Positions 10,655 through 22,815 of a stretch of DNA of 33,901 nucleotides are shown piece after piece (positions within the stretch are counted from its first letter, which is position 1; every line of letters begins with the position of its first letter). Position numbers and translations under genes: made by a program. Under the pieces are notes generated by a model that saw only the letters and a list, made by a program, of their open reading frames with translations, did not search any database and was not told the origin of the DNA. The stretch comes from Octopus bimaculoides (lineage: Eukaryota): the NCBI RefSeq assembly GCF_001194135.2, contig NC_069005.1, positions 15,520,475-15,554,375 of the forward strand, in the 5' to 3' direction.

Positions 10655-11098
10655 CGTGCGTGTGTGTGTGTGTGTTTTTTTCCCTCCCCCAATACTTGGC
10701 AGCTGATGTTGCTGTGTTTACATTCTCATAACTTTGTGGATCGGCAAAAGACACTGATAGGATAAGTGCTAGGCTTAAAAAGTATAAATCCTGTGGTTAA
10801 TTTTCTTGACCAAAGGGGGAGCTCCAGCATGGCCGCAGTTATACGATTGAAATAAGTAAAACAATAAAAAAGACTTTGCCATTTTAACTGTGAGCAAGGC
10901 CAGGTATCTCGCTGGTATATATATACATACACATACAATAGGCTTCTTTCAGTTTTTGTCTACCAAATCCACTCACAAGGCTTTGGTCGGCCTGAGGATA
11001 TAGTAGAAGATACTTGCTCAAGGTACCATGCAGTGGGACTGAACCTGGAACTATATGGTTGGGAAACAAGCTTATTTCCACACAGCCACACCTGTGCC
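10573..11098. mobile_element. Two SINE family O fragments: 3' part on + (10573-10870) and 5' part on - (10920-11098)
   Basis: Both match the full copy at 11677-12099. Confidence 0.8.
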
Positions 11099-11117
11099 AT
11101 ATATTTATGTTTATATA

Positions 11118-11322
11118 TCATCATCATCATCATCATCGTTTAACGTCCGCTTTCCATGCTAGCATGGGTTGGACGATTTGACTGAGGACTGGTGAAACCG
11201 GATGGCAACACCAGGCTCCAGTCCGATTTGGCAGAGTTTCTACAGCTGGATGCCCTTCCTAACGCCAACCACTCAGAGAGTGTAGTGGGTGCTTTTACGT
11301 GTCACCCGCACGAAAACGGCCA
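11118..11322 (-). mobile_element. RTE 3' end with (GAT)n tail, CpG-rich (young) copy; further minus copies about 16030-16420
   Basis: catcatc...gtttaacgtccgctttccatgctagcatggg...ggatgcccttcctaacgccaacc. Confidence 0.85.
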
Positions 11323-11676
11323 TATATATATATATATATATATATTTATATTTACATATATGTACAATGAAAATGTATGTGTATAATAGTGTAGTCATAT
11401 GAATGTGTATGATTGCCATCATAGATATATTTGAATGTCTGTTTTTTCATGAAAATGTATTAATACACCTTTTCATGTATGCAACCATGAAATCAGTTAC
11501 ATATACACACATAGAGTGACATATGTCAATTTCTTAGATAAAAGAACGATGGTCCAGTGACATTTAAATAAAATGGTTTTATAGTTTATAGCCAAGAAGA
11601 TAATGGTGAAGTATACGTGTATAAGATGGTAGTTTGGTCTCCTTCACTAATACATTAGAACAATTTCCATATATAT

Positions 11677-12099
11677 CTTTCTTTCTTTCTTTTACTTGTT
11701 TCAGTCATTTGACTGCGGCCATGCTGGAGCACCGCCTTTAGTCGAATCAAATCGACCCCAGGACTTATTCTTTGTAAGCCTAGTACTTATTCTATCGGTC
11801 TCTTTTTGCCGAACCGCTAAGTTACGGGGACCTAAACACACCAGCATCAGTTGTCAAGTGATGTTGGGGGGACAAACACAGATACACAACATATACACAC
11901 ATACATACATATATATATATATACACATATATATACAACGGGCTTCTTTCAGTTTCCGTCTACCAAATCCCCTCACAAGGCTTTGGTCGGCCTGAGGCTA
12001 TAGTAGAAGACACTTACCCAAGGTGCCACGCAGTGGGACTGAACCCGGAACCATGTGGTTGGTAAGCAAGCTACTTACCACACAGCCACTCCTGCACCT
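11677..12099 (-). mobile_element. Full-length tRNA-derived SINE family O (Octopus OR-like); partial copies about 16705-16800 (-), 19641-19745 (-), 28195-28340 (+), 32543-32715 (+)
   Basis: Minus strand: A-box TGGCTGTGTGG (12079-12089), B-box GGTTCAGTCCC (about 12034-12044), a CORE-like segment resembling accttgggcaagt, internal (TA/CA) repeat, and tail gaaacaagtaaaagaaagaaag. Confidence 0.88.
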
Positions 12100-12129
12100 A
12101 TATATATATATATGTATACTTGCATTTAA

Positions 12130-14090
12130 TGATGCTGCAAGGAAAGACACTTGGAAAGGCCTCTATGAAAGGCTGCTAAATGAAGAGAATGAATAGGAGA
12201 ATTGACAGTACCTTGATAGATAAAGCAATTAAGGATATGAAGACAGGGAAAGCCCCTGGCCCATCAGGAATCACCACTGAGATGCTTAAAATATCTGGTG
12301 GTGTAGGCTATAGCCTAGTCACACGTAAAGTTAACCAGGTGGTAAATGAAGGAGTCATATCCAGTGACTGGTGTAGCAGCACCATAATCAACTACTACAA
12401 AAGTAAAAGTGATGCCTTCGATAGAAATAATTACAGAGGTATCAGATTGTTGCATCAGGTGATGAAGGTTACAGAGAGGGTCATTGCTCAACTAATTAGG
12501 GAGAAAGTTAGTTTAGATGAGATGCAGTTTGGTTTTTGTGACAGTGAGAAGCACAACTGATGCTATATTTCTGGTAAGACAGCTGCAGGAGAAATACCTA
12601 GCCAAAGATAAACCTCTGTACTTGGCTTTTGACAAGGTCTCCAGATCCTTTATCTGGTGGTCAATGCAGAAACAAGGAATAGACAAGTGGCTGGTAAGAA
12701 CTGTGAAAGCCATGTACAGGGACACTACCAGTAAGGTGAGGGTTGGCAATGAGTACGGTGAAGAATTCAGGGTACAAGTAGGGGTTCACCAAGGATCGGT
12801 CCTCAGCATCCACTTGTTCATCATAGTCATCCAGGCAATAACAGAGGAATTCAAGACAGGCTGCCTCTGGGAGCTCCTCTATGCTGATGACCTTGTTCTT
12901 ATAGCTGAATCACTACCAGAAGTAGAGAAGAAGTTTCAGGAGTGGAAGCAAGGTCTAGAATTGAAGGGCCTTAGAGTTAACCTAGCAAAAAGACAGTCTT
13001 AGTAAGCAGGAAAGCAGACAAATCACAAATCGCTTCAGGTAGATGGCCCTCCTTGATCTGTAGAAAAAGTGTAGGCAGAAATTTCATAAGATGTACCTGG
13101 TGTAAACTACGGACACATAAGAGGTGCAGCAGTATCAGAGGAAGGTTAACAGGGAAAATAGTTTTTGTTTGTGGAAGGTGCACAGGTACAATAAACATTG
13201 AAAATGTACAGAAAATAGATTGCATCACATGCCAAGGGGGAAAACTAAAAGTAGTTGATAGCGTTTATTACCGAGGTGACCAAGTCAGTAGCAGGAATGG
13301 ATGCTCTGGGAGCGTAGCTGTGAGAATAAGAAGAGGCTGGGCAAAGTTCAGAGAGCTCCTACTTCTGCTGGTAACAGAGGGCCTCCCACTCAGAGTGAAA
13401 GGCAGACTGTTTGATGCCTGTGTGTGCAAACAGCCATGCTACATGGCAGTGACTGCTGAGGACATGCGCAGGCTTGTAAGAAATGAAGCTAGTGTGCTTC
13501 GCTGGATGTGTAATGTCAGTGTGCATACACGACAGAGTGTAAGCATCCTCAGAGAAAAGTTGGGCATAAGCGGCATCAGATATGGTGTGCAAGAGAGACA
13601 ACTGTACTGGTATGGTCATGTGATGCATATGGATGAGGACAGCTGTGTGAAGAAGTGTCACACTCCAATAGTGGAAAGAACCTGTGGAAGAAGTAGACCC
13701 AGGAAGACATGGGATGAGGTGGTGAAGCATGATCATCGAATGTTGGGCTTCATGGAAGTAATGACAAGCAATCGAGACCTTTGGCGATATGCTGTGCTTG
13801 AGAAGACCCATGAAGTCAAGTGAGATTGTAGTTGTGGCCAATGCCAGTGTCATGTGACTGACCTGTTAAAAGTACCTTTCAAACATTGGGTGATATGCTG
13901 TGCTTGTGAAGACCTGTTGAGCTGAGTGAAATTGTAGTCATGGCTGATACCTGTGCCGTCTGACTGGCACCCATGCTGGTGACATATAAATAGTGCCATT
14001 TGAGCATTGGGCCTCATGGAGGCAGTAACAAGTAACTGAGAACTTTGGCGATATACTGTGCTTGTGTAGACCTGTCAAGCCAAGTAAGGC
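12130..14090 (+). mobile_element. 5'-truncated RTE-clade LINE: RT domain (YADD intact), PHD-like finger, C-terminus and modular 3' UTR; frameshifted
   Basis: MKTGKAPGPSGI...NYRGIRLL...QFGF, STTDAIF...LAFDKV, GVHQGSVLS, LYADDLVL, WYGHVMHM, RSRPRKTWDEVV. Split over three ORFs (12180-13823). Confidence 0.93.
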
Positions 14091-14237
14091 CACAGTAGCT
14101 ATACATGTGTTTTATACAGACATATATGTGTATGTGTGTGCATGCATGTATGTACATACACACAGACACAACTATATGTAGATACATGTATGTGTATTTT
14201 ACCAAGCTACATTTATCTCTCTCTCTCTCTCTGTATG

Positions 14238-14271
<34 letters not shown>

Positions 14272-15154
14272 TAGACATACACTCACACAAAAACACACAC
14301 ATGTAAGATGTGTGTTCTTCATAAACATAAACACAGTCACACACAAACGCACCTATAGATATATGCAGAGCTAATAATGCATTAATATGTAGAGGAGAGC
14401 TTGAGGGCTAATCAATCATTGAATGTTAAATAGGTTAATGTTTTGGGAATGGAGTTTAACACGTGCACACACACATACACACACGGAACATAAATATATA
14501 ATATACAATATTATTATTATTGTGTTACATTAGCACATACATAGCGTACATTTGAAATCTTTAATACATTCCATACATGTGCATACGGTGGAATAGGTCC
14601 CTGTTAAATATGTTGCCTGAGAGAACTTGGCCCCCAAAAACAGTTAAATGAACTAATAATCAGTTTCTTGTCAGTTTGGTAAATGACCACACAATCAGTT
14701 CTCACTTGAAGCCGTTGTTGTTGCTGTTGTTGTTGCTTTAACTTCCAGACAATCCTAATGGAGCAGAACTATGGTTAAAGGTGTTCCAGCCATAACCATC
14801 CCATATTTTCATATATATCAAGTAAGTAGTAAATGTTGCCCAGTGCATACTTCTTTATGCTAAAACGCTCGAGAGTGACTTGAGGGTGATTTGGTTGTTT
14901 TTTCCAGCAAGTTCAGTATATGGAGAGGTAACTAAGTAGATTAAAATGGGAAAATATCACTGTAGTAGATCTTCAATTAAACAGATTTTAGATATCCATC
15001 TATCCATCTTCTTAGCCAACTATTCCTGGGAGAGTAATTAGGGGATTAGAGCCATTAAGAGTTTAGAGCCCTTAGGCATCTCCTCCACAGGGTCCTTGTC
15101 AGAACCAACTGTCACTGTCATTTATACAAGAAGCCTTTACCTACATTATCTTAA

Positions 15155-15318
15155 CCCTTTAGCTTTCAGATTACTCTGACAAGTGTAATGCTTGTTAATT
15201 CACATTGATTTGAATTAATCTCATGTCTTTGAGATTTCAATGGCATGGTTACTTATTTTTAGAATGACATTGTGTGAGAGGCCAAATCTGGCCAGTTTGA
15301 ACATATAATTGGTAGGTA
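15155..15318 (-). mobile_element. piggyBac-like MITE (TTAA|CCCTTTAGC end), truncated by an RTE 3' end
   Basis: ttaa-ccctttagctttcagattactctg...; same family as 20427-20647. Confidence 0.75.
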
Positions 15319-15319
15319 T

Positions 15320-15620
15320 CCATGACAGCGACATGCAAAAGGTACCAGTGGCAGTGACACATTAAAGGCACCCATGCTGGTGATATGTAAAAGGCACCCA
15401 TACTGGTTACACATAAGGGGCTCTTGAGCTGATGACATGTAAAAGACGCCCAGTACACTCCGTGGAGTGGTTGGCATTAGGAAGGCATCCAGCTGAAGAA
15501 ACCAAACCAAAACAGACTGGAGCCTGGTGCAGCTCTCTGGCTTACCAGATCCAGTCAAACCATCTAACTCATGCCAGCATGGGAAATAGATACTGAATGA
15601 TGATGATGATGATGATGATG
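15320..15620 (+). mobile_element. RTE 3' end with five 26-bp tandem units and (GAT)n tail
   Basis: Units start at 15330, 15356, 15382, 15408 and 15434; then ggttggcattaggaaggcatccagc...gatgatgat. Confidence 0.85.
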
Positions 15621-16631
15621 ATATATATCATACACATCATCACCATCATTTAGTGTCTGTTTTTCATGCTGGCATGGGTTACAAGTTTATATCACTTGTT
15701 TCACATGTGCGATCCACCCTTGTGGTTATTTGCAACCTCTGCATTTGATGATCTCAGTGCAACTGAACACTGAACTGCAACAGATCATCACAGGACGATG
15801 TGTTTTATTTCATTCTGTTAGAGAGATTAAATGAGTACAATGGTGAAACATATGCAGGGAATAAATGATTATAAACTTGAGTTTATCATACTTTCTCCTA
15901 CATTTGCTCTGTATATCATGACTAGCAACACTGCTAAGTACAGTAGTAGCCACACTGCTACATGAGAAGCGGACTGGATGACAAATACTCTATGCGGAGG
16001 TCTAAATTTACCAGTAACAGTTATACATCTAATTATACACACATTGTTTAACGTCTGTTTTCCATGCTGGCATGGGTTGGATGGTTTGACATGGGGCTGG
16101 CTAGCAGGGAGCTGTCCTGACTCCAGCTGTCTGTTGAGGCATGGTTTCTGCAGTTGGATGCCCTTCCTAATGCCAACCACTTCACAACGTGTGCTGGGTG
16201 CATTTCATGTGCCACCAGCACAAGTGTGTTTACACAACACTGGCAGTGGTGCATTAGCACAGCACTAGCACAGGTGCTTTTAAGTGGCACCGGTATGTAT
16301 CAGCATCAGAATTATTATTTTAATGTTTTGTTTTCCATGCCTGCATGGGTCAGACAAGAATAAGTGTTGAGTAGAGTTTTTACAGCTAGAAGCCCTGCCA
16401 GATGCCAACCTCCAACCATTTCCAGCTGAGTTAATAACGCCCCAGTCTGTCAAACAACAAACAGCCCAGACATGGTTACATACAGAACTGGAAATAAAAG
16501 ACATCATTTGTATGGATAGTGAGCCTTTTGTTTACAAAGGTGGTGCAACATGTTGAGAAGCCCAGACATGTTTTTGTAGTGGACTGTGAGCAAACAACAT
16601 CATCTGCATGAGTAGCAAAGCCATTACTTAC

Positions 16632-16634
16632 ATC
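16632..16634 (-). CDS. Candidate 3-nt microexon (GAT)
   Basis: Minus strand: gttgttattttccctcatcttcacaTGCattcacag|GAT|gtaagt. Sequence pattern only. Confidence 0.3.
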
Positions 16635-17321
16635 CTGTGAATGCATGTGAAGATGAGGGAAAATAACAACTCACACTTGCAATTACTCATTCACACACAC
16701 ACACACACATATTACAGGTTTCTTTCAGTTTCCATTGACCAAATTCATTCACAAGACTTTGGTCAGCCCAAAGCTGTAGTAACCCAGAACCATGTAGTAA
16801 ACTTAACTGCAAAATCATATGTGCCTATATATATATATATGCCCTGCATATCTATATTTTAACAATAACTCCAAGGTGGATGGTTATACCGCAGGAATTC
16901 GTACGAGTCTCTTTCCTAAACGGAACTATTTCTGATACACGCTGAATTGAAATTCATTAGGGCAAGAGGTTTTGAACTTACTGGCCGATAAATTTCTTAA
17001 CGTCTTCTTCACGTGGTATTGATGTTCACATGGTCAAAATTAACGTGAGTTATTTAGACATTAACAAATTTATTAGAATATTTAGCTGAAGATCAGAATA
17101 GAGTATTATGTACTCTTAACTGTGAAACAATTGTACTAAATTAACTAAAGGCAAGTGTTTTTTACTCTTCTCTATTGTTTTTTGTTCTGTGTGTATCAAA
17201 AATATCGCTATCAATCTGGAGTAATAATTTGTAGTTTTGAAATCAGTAGTTCTTTGACTGCTATTTCTGAATTCTCAGTATGTTGGAGAAGCAGGTTACT
17301 GTCAATCCCTATATATTTATG

Positions 17322-17360
<39 letters not shown>

Positions 17361-17422
17361 AAGGTGACTCCAAGTCATCAGCATCACTCAGTCTCATCAC
17401 AAATTTCACATAAGATACATGC

Positions 17423-17509
17423 CTGCTTGAAGAATTTCATGTTTTTCTGCTTTATTTCTAGCCCCAAATAGCTTATTTTGTAGATCTAGCACTCTGTCTT
17501 TCTCTGTTT
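17423..17509 (-). CDS. Candidate 87-nt coding exon of an unidentified host gene (phase 1 to 1; TEKDRVLDLQNKLFGARNKAEKHEILQA)
   Basis: Acceptor ttattcttatccttaacttag; a single open frame; donor CAG|gcatgt (GC-type) or GT 4 nt later. Non-repetitive, protein-like composition. Confidence 0.35.
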
Positions 17510-17901
17510 CTAAGTTAAGGATAAGAATAAAGCAACTCTGCAAAACACAACTGATTTTTACACACACAGACGCACAGAATAACAGCAATCAAATAACGAC
17601 AGCAGAATGCACAACAAATGGAAACTTTTCATAGATTGGAATTTAAATCCTAATCTCTACAGTAATTTATTGTTTCAAGAAAACATTGAATTACTTTTAA
17701 TTTTTATGATTATAAATAACTGAGAGTATAACTTCTGAGCCCGAGTCAGGCACATGTGAACGATGTCGAGAGAATGTCTGCTACAAATAATATTTCCTGA
17801 CACAGGGCACTTCTAAGACACCACCAGATGTGAAACGAAAATAAATGAACTGCGACCAAGCTCAATTAAAGCAGCCTGAGTTATTGGCTGCAATAACATA
17901 C

Positions 17902-18006
17902 TTGAAGTCAGTGTTGGCAAAAATTAAATCAGCTTGCAAATACACGTTCACTTTACTAGATTTATACTTGGGCTGAGCCTGAACAGCCCAAGTACCAGAG
18001 TCGCCA
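17902..18006 (-). CDS. Candidate 105-nt exon (phase 2 to 2; GDSGTWAVQAQPKYKSSKVNVYLQADLIFANTDF)
   Basis: ctcag acceptor after (TA)n, AA|gtatgt donor, only one frame open. Confidence 0.25.
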
Positions 18007-18058
18007 CTGAGATATATATATATATATATTTATATACACATATGAACACAGATACAAC

Positions 18059-18095
<37 letters not shown>

Positions 18096-18837
18096 GTATG
18101 TATGTATGTACGTATAGGTATGTATGTATGTATACACACACACACATACACACACACATATATTTATTTGTAAAAAGACATGAATGCTAGATCAAGTCTG
18201 TGTGTGCATGTGTATGTTAATGTCTGCATGAGTGTGTATGCAAGATATATGAGAAGATAAAAGTGTAGTGAGAGAGAGAGAGAGAGGAAGACAGAGATGA
18301 CAAGAAATAAAAGTATACAGAGATAGAGAGAGGGAGATGTGAATATGAGATAATGAGATGTTGAAACATGTATGTGTGAGTGAGAGAGAGGAAGAGGAAA
18401 GGAGGGAGGAGGTAAATAAAAAGAGAGATTGATGAACAACAATGGAGGATGAGGAAAAGTCAGTCAATATAACTACAAATCAGCTATTTTTTTATTTATT
18501 TTACTCTAATTTCCCCCTTTAACGATACCACACCTCCACGACCAATGCCACCAAACTAAGCAGAGATTCATTCAGTCCTTAAGATGTTAATGCCTGTCAC
18601 CTTTACCAAAATGTTATCGTAAAAACACATAAATCTCACGGTGAGGGTAAGCTGGAAGACTTAATGTTACAGAGAAGTATAGTTCAAAGTGACAGCAAAT
18701 AAACAATGATGGGTGATATAACCTTTACTGTAAAGAATAGCATTGTGTTCTACATACATGCATACATATATACATACATACATACACTTTTCTGTTCTAT
18801 AATTGTGCGTGAATGTATGCATGTATGTGTAAATATA

Positions 18838-18891
<54 letters not shown>

Positions 18892-19087
18892 TATACATAC
18901 ATGCACACAAACAAACATATATATATATGCACACACACATATATGCACATACATACATATACACATACATACACATGTGTGTATATACATATATATATAT
19001 ATATATATATACATATATATATAAACACACATATACATATATATATAATACACATATATCTATATAGACACACAAATGTTCTATAAT

Positions 19088-19127
<40 letters not shown>

Positions 19128-19774
19128 TATATTTCACTGGCTGACTAATAAAGTTCATCCACTGATACACACACACACACACACACACACACTACATAAT
19201 ATACACTCAAACTGGAATATTTTAGTTCTGGTGAATAGCTCTTTTCCATTTTATAACTTTAAAACTTTTCTCTGGCAGTACACCTCCACCAACATATATT
19301 TTTGTGCGTTTGTAAGCAATCACATGCACACATACAAGTACATAAGAATGGGTATTAAACAAATAAGAGAAAGAGAAAATAGAATTCACAAGATTCTTTA
19401 TTAATTACAATGGTCATTAAGGCCCATCTTGCATCAGTCTCTTGTGGATGAGATTCTGGACAACTTGTGGTGCATCATTTGGTATAGATTTGTCTTGTCA
19501 GGTGACTTTTCAAAAGGTGCCTATCTCAGTAAACCTGGTTTCACTTGGTTCGATTATAATACATTTCATTATTTGCTTGTAGCTGGTTGCATACAGGAGG
19601 TATTGTCGTTTGGAAGGACATGGAATGGAGTGGGTATATAGACTGCAACCATGCTGAACCACCCCACTCAAGGGTTTCTATCGATAGCATTGATCTCCTC
19701 TCATTCCCTAGTATTTAATCCAAGATGGTACTTAAATAATTGACCTAGAATTGTTGAAACACAACATCACTAAA

Positions 19775-20297
19775 CCCATTAGCATTTAAGCCAGCCATAT
19801 CAGACCCAAAATCTACCTGTTTTATGTTCAAATTGACCAGATCTCACCTCTCACACCTACCCTACAAAGTCATTCTAAAAATGTACAATCCTGTCATTGA
19901 AATCTTGAAGCTAAAAGATTTAAGACCTCCTTTGGTTATGAATGACCATGGGACTGCACCTAAAAAGTTACCTTTCAAGGCACAAGTCCAGGCAAGGTTG
20001 TTTATGGAAGACCAGCAGTTGCCCATGCATAGCAGCCTCCACTCTCCATGTCACCAATGTTGTCCAAGGGAAAGGCAAAGGCCGATACAGCTTGGCACAA
20101 GTGACATTACAACTCATTTCTACAGCTGAGTGAACTGGAGCAACGTGAAATAAAGTTTCTTGCTCAAGAACACAATACCCAGCAGAATCTGAGAATTGAA
20201 CTCACTACCTTACAATAGTGAGCCTGATGTTCTAACCACTGAGTCATAATGGATGATCAATCCAAAACAATGTGATTAAATAAGCATTGCTGAAAGG
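19775..20297 (+). mobile_element. piggyBac-like MITE split by a family C SINE (19922-20246)
   Basis: Left part cccattagcatttaagccagccatat...gctaaaagat; right part ataatggatgatcaatccaaaacaatgtg...aaagg|ttaa. Confidence 0.75.
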
Positions 20298-20426
20298 TTA
20301 AAGTAATACAATAATATTAATGAAGATCTATAAATTTATGTAACATAATAGAAACAGAACATTTATAAAATGTGCATGTTCTACATAGAGGTTTATACAA
20401 GAAGTCTTTACTTAACATAATCTTAA

Positions 20427-20786
20427 CCCATTTGCTTTCGGATTATTCTGTCAAATGTAATGTTTATTAATTCACATTGATTTGAATTAATCTATGAAGT
20501 ATCTCATATTTTGGGGGTTTCAATGATGTGCTTGTTTATTTTTAGAATGACACTGGAGGGTAGGTATGAGAGGCCTAATCTGATCAGTTTGAACAAAAAA
20601 TAGGTAGAATATTTAGGTCAGATATGGCCTGTTTAAATGCTAAAGGGTTAAATAACATTTTTGTATTGAAAATCAGGGTGATTTATACAAGAAGTTTTAT
20701 ATTATCTTAATTCATTTGCGTTTGGATTACTCTGTCAAATGTAATGCTTATTAATTCACATTTGACTAATCTAAAATGCTAAAGGG
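20427..20786 (-). mobile_element. Full piggyBac-like MITE (20427-20647, TTAA on both sides) plus an internally deleted copy (20711-20786)
   Basis: ttaa|cccatttgc...gctaaaggg|ttaa; TTAA at 20423-26, 20648-51, 20707-10 and 20787-90. Confidence 0.82.
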
Positions 20787-21689
20787 TTAAACACAGCATG
20801 AACACTGCAGATACACACACATATATACACAGCAGATACACACAACACAATTTATCTAAGTAAACGTTATATAAAATGGTTAAGGCAGATCACACCTGTC
20901 ACTTGTACTGTCTTCATATTTTGTCAGAAAAAAAAAGCTTTGGTTTTTGATTTTTACCAGGAAGACAGCTGACTATAATGACAAGTTGTTGCTATTGTTG
21001 AGAGAGAGAAAGTGTGTGTATGCGAAAGATAGATAGACAAGTAGCCTGTTGTCGCCATTGTAACTAACAAAATTTTCACTACATAACAGTATACTATTAA
21101 AAGAAAACGGCTCAATGGTTAGAGCTTCTGGTTTGCAATTATTAGGTAGTGAGTTCAATTCCCAGACCAGGCTGTTTGTTGTGTTCTTGAGCAAGACATT
21201 ATTTCACATTTCTCCAGTTCACTCAGTTATAGAAATGTGTTGCGATGTCAATGGTGCCAAGCTGTATTGGCTTTTGTCTTTCCTTCGGATAACATCGGTG
21301 GTACGGAGAAGGGAGGCTGGTATGCATGGGCAACTGCTGGTCTTCCATAAACAACCTTGCCCAGACTTATGCCTCGGAGGGGAATTTTCTAGGTGCAATC
21401 CTATGATCATGTGTGATCAAAGGTGGTCTTTACTCTAACCCTTTTTAGTTACAAAGCAGTTAATGTTTCTGAGATCAATGATCAAAGACATTCCAGTTGT
21501 GACCATCATGTCATTTTAAGGTTATTGAGGACTATCCATTCATCTTCTCCACCCATCATGTTTGAGAGAGTTGACGGGGTAGAGTCTTCAAGTACCTTCT
21601 TGACAGGGTTCTATCAGAAGCAACTGTTACTGCATTTTCTGGCTGGACTCCCAAGCATGACCAATTGAGATTATGACTATTATCACGCC

Positions 21690-21795
21690 ATCCTCATTCT
21701 TGGTCTACCCCTAGATTTCCCACCAGTTGGCTCAGCTTGAAGAATCCATATTGCAATTCTTTCAGTGACATTCTAATCACATGTCTGCATTACTG
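21690..21795 (-). mobile_element. RTE-clade LINE C-terminal fragment
   Basis: Minus strand: HVIRMS/ERIAIWILQAEPTGGKSRGRPRMR. Confidence 0.7.
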
Positions 21796-22815
21796 ACCTC
21801 TCGATATGGAAAGGTAGTGGCTCGATTTGGAGAGTCTCCCTGGTCTGCAACTTATGTACCCAGTTGAGTATCATTATTCCAGAGGAACCCTATTTCAGGA
21901 ACTTGTATTTTGCAAGTTCGGTAAATATCAGTTTGGTGCTTGGCATGAATAAGAAGACTACAAACTGCAAAATGGAAAAAGTTTGAAAGAATAACGATAT
22001 TGCAGGTCCATCATGTGGCTTAACAAAGGATGCATTCAGATCTTATGTAGAGGGATCCATTTGAAAAATACATTGCAGTCTCGACCCAGCAATAAGCCTG
22101 CAACTTGTTCTGGAGGTGTAAGATGGGAGCATAAAGGATATGTATTCTGGAACCCCAAAACAAATACAGAGGGAATAACAGTTAGTGACTGGATTATTTT
22201 GGACTACATTATCAAATTCTTTCCATTACATGAAAGATTTTACTGCTATTTCTAATAAGGCAATTTCTACATCCATGGCTTGAGTTGATAGCTGTTTGTT
22301 CTAATGTATGTGACAAGCTTTAAAAAAAAAGTTGCTTTGGCAACAACACTCAATATAATTCTTGCTGTAACAGTTAATGACATTGATGGACTCCTTTAAC
22401 ATTCACCAATAATTATTATTGTTGTTGTTGCTGTGTTGTTATCTTTAGCATGACGTTGCCAAGAAGTTTGCTGCCATTCTTCCCTTAACCAAACTACTCA
22501 ACATTCTCAACAATATCACAAGATGGCTGTGACACATATTTTTCGACAAGAAAAAATAAAGAGTAACAATTGACACATCCATGAAATTATTCTTCTTTCT
22601 CTCCTTCTTACACACACACACACATACACAATAATAATTATTATATATATGTATGTGTAAACTTATAATAATATAGTGTATGTGTGTATATATAAATATA
22701 CAATTGTATATAAATATACAATATATATTGCTCATTTCAACTATACATGCACATTCATTGACAGGAACGTATACACATACACACAAACATAAACATGCCA
22801 ACATCTATCTATATA

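Noticed and set aside
15746-15774. C/D-box snoRNA (TGATGA...CTGA)
   Set aside because: The C-to-D distance is under 30 nt, too short, and there is no recognisable guide sequence.
18667-19086. Y/I/H/T/C-rich ORFs
   Set aside because: (TA)n/(CA)n microsatellite translations; the same applies to similar ORFs at 2757-2952, 14014-14374, 17934-18173 and 24640-24882.
19400-19630. Unique segment with a 70-aa ORF or a possible LINE 3' remnant
   Set aside because: No frame gave a convincing motif on either strand.
22013-22255. Possible piggyBac transposase fragment (PSNKPA...KGYV)
   Set aside because: The resemblance is too weak and no catalytic motifs are visible.
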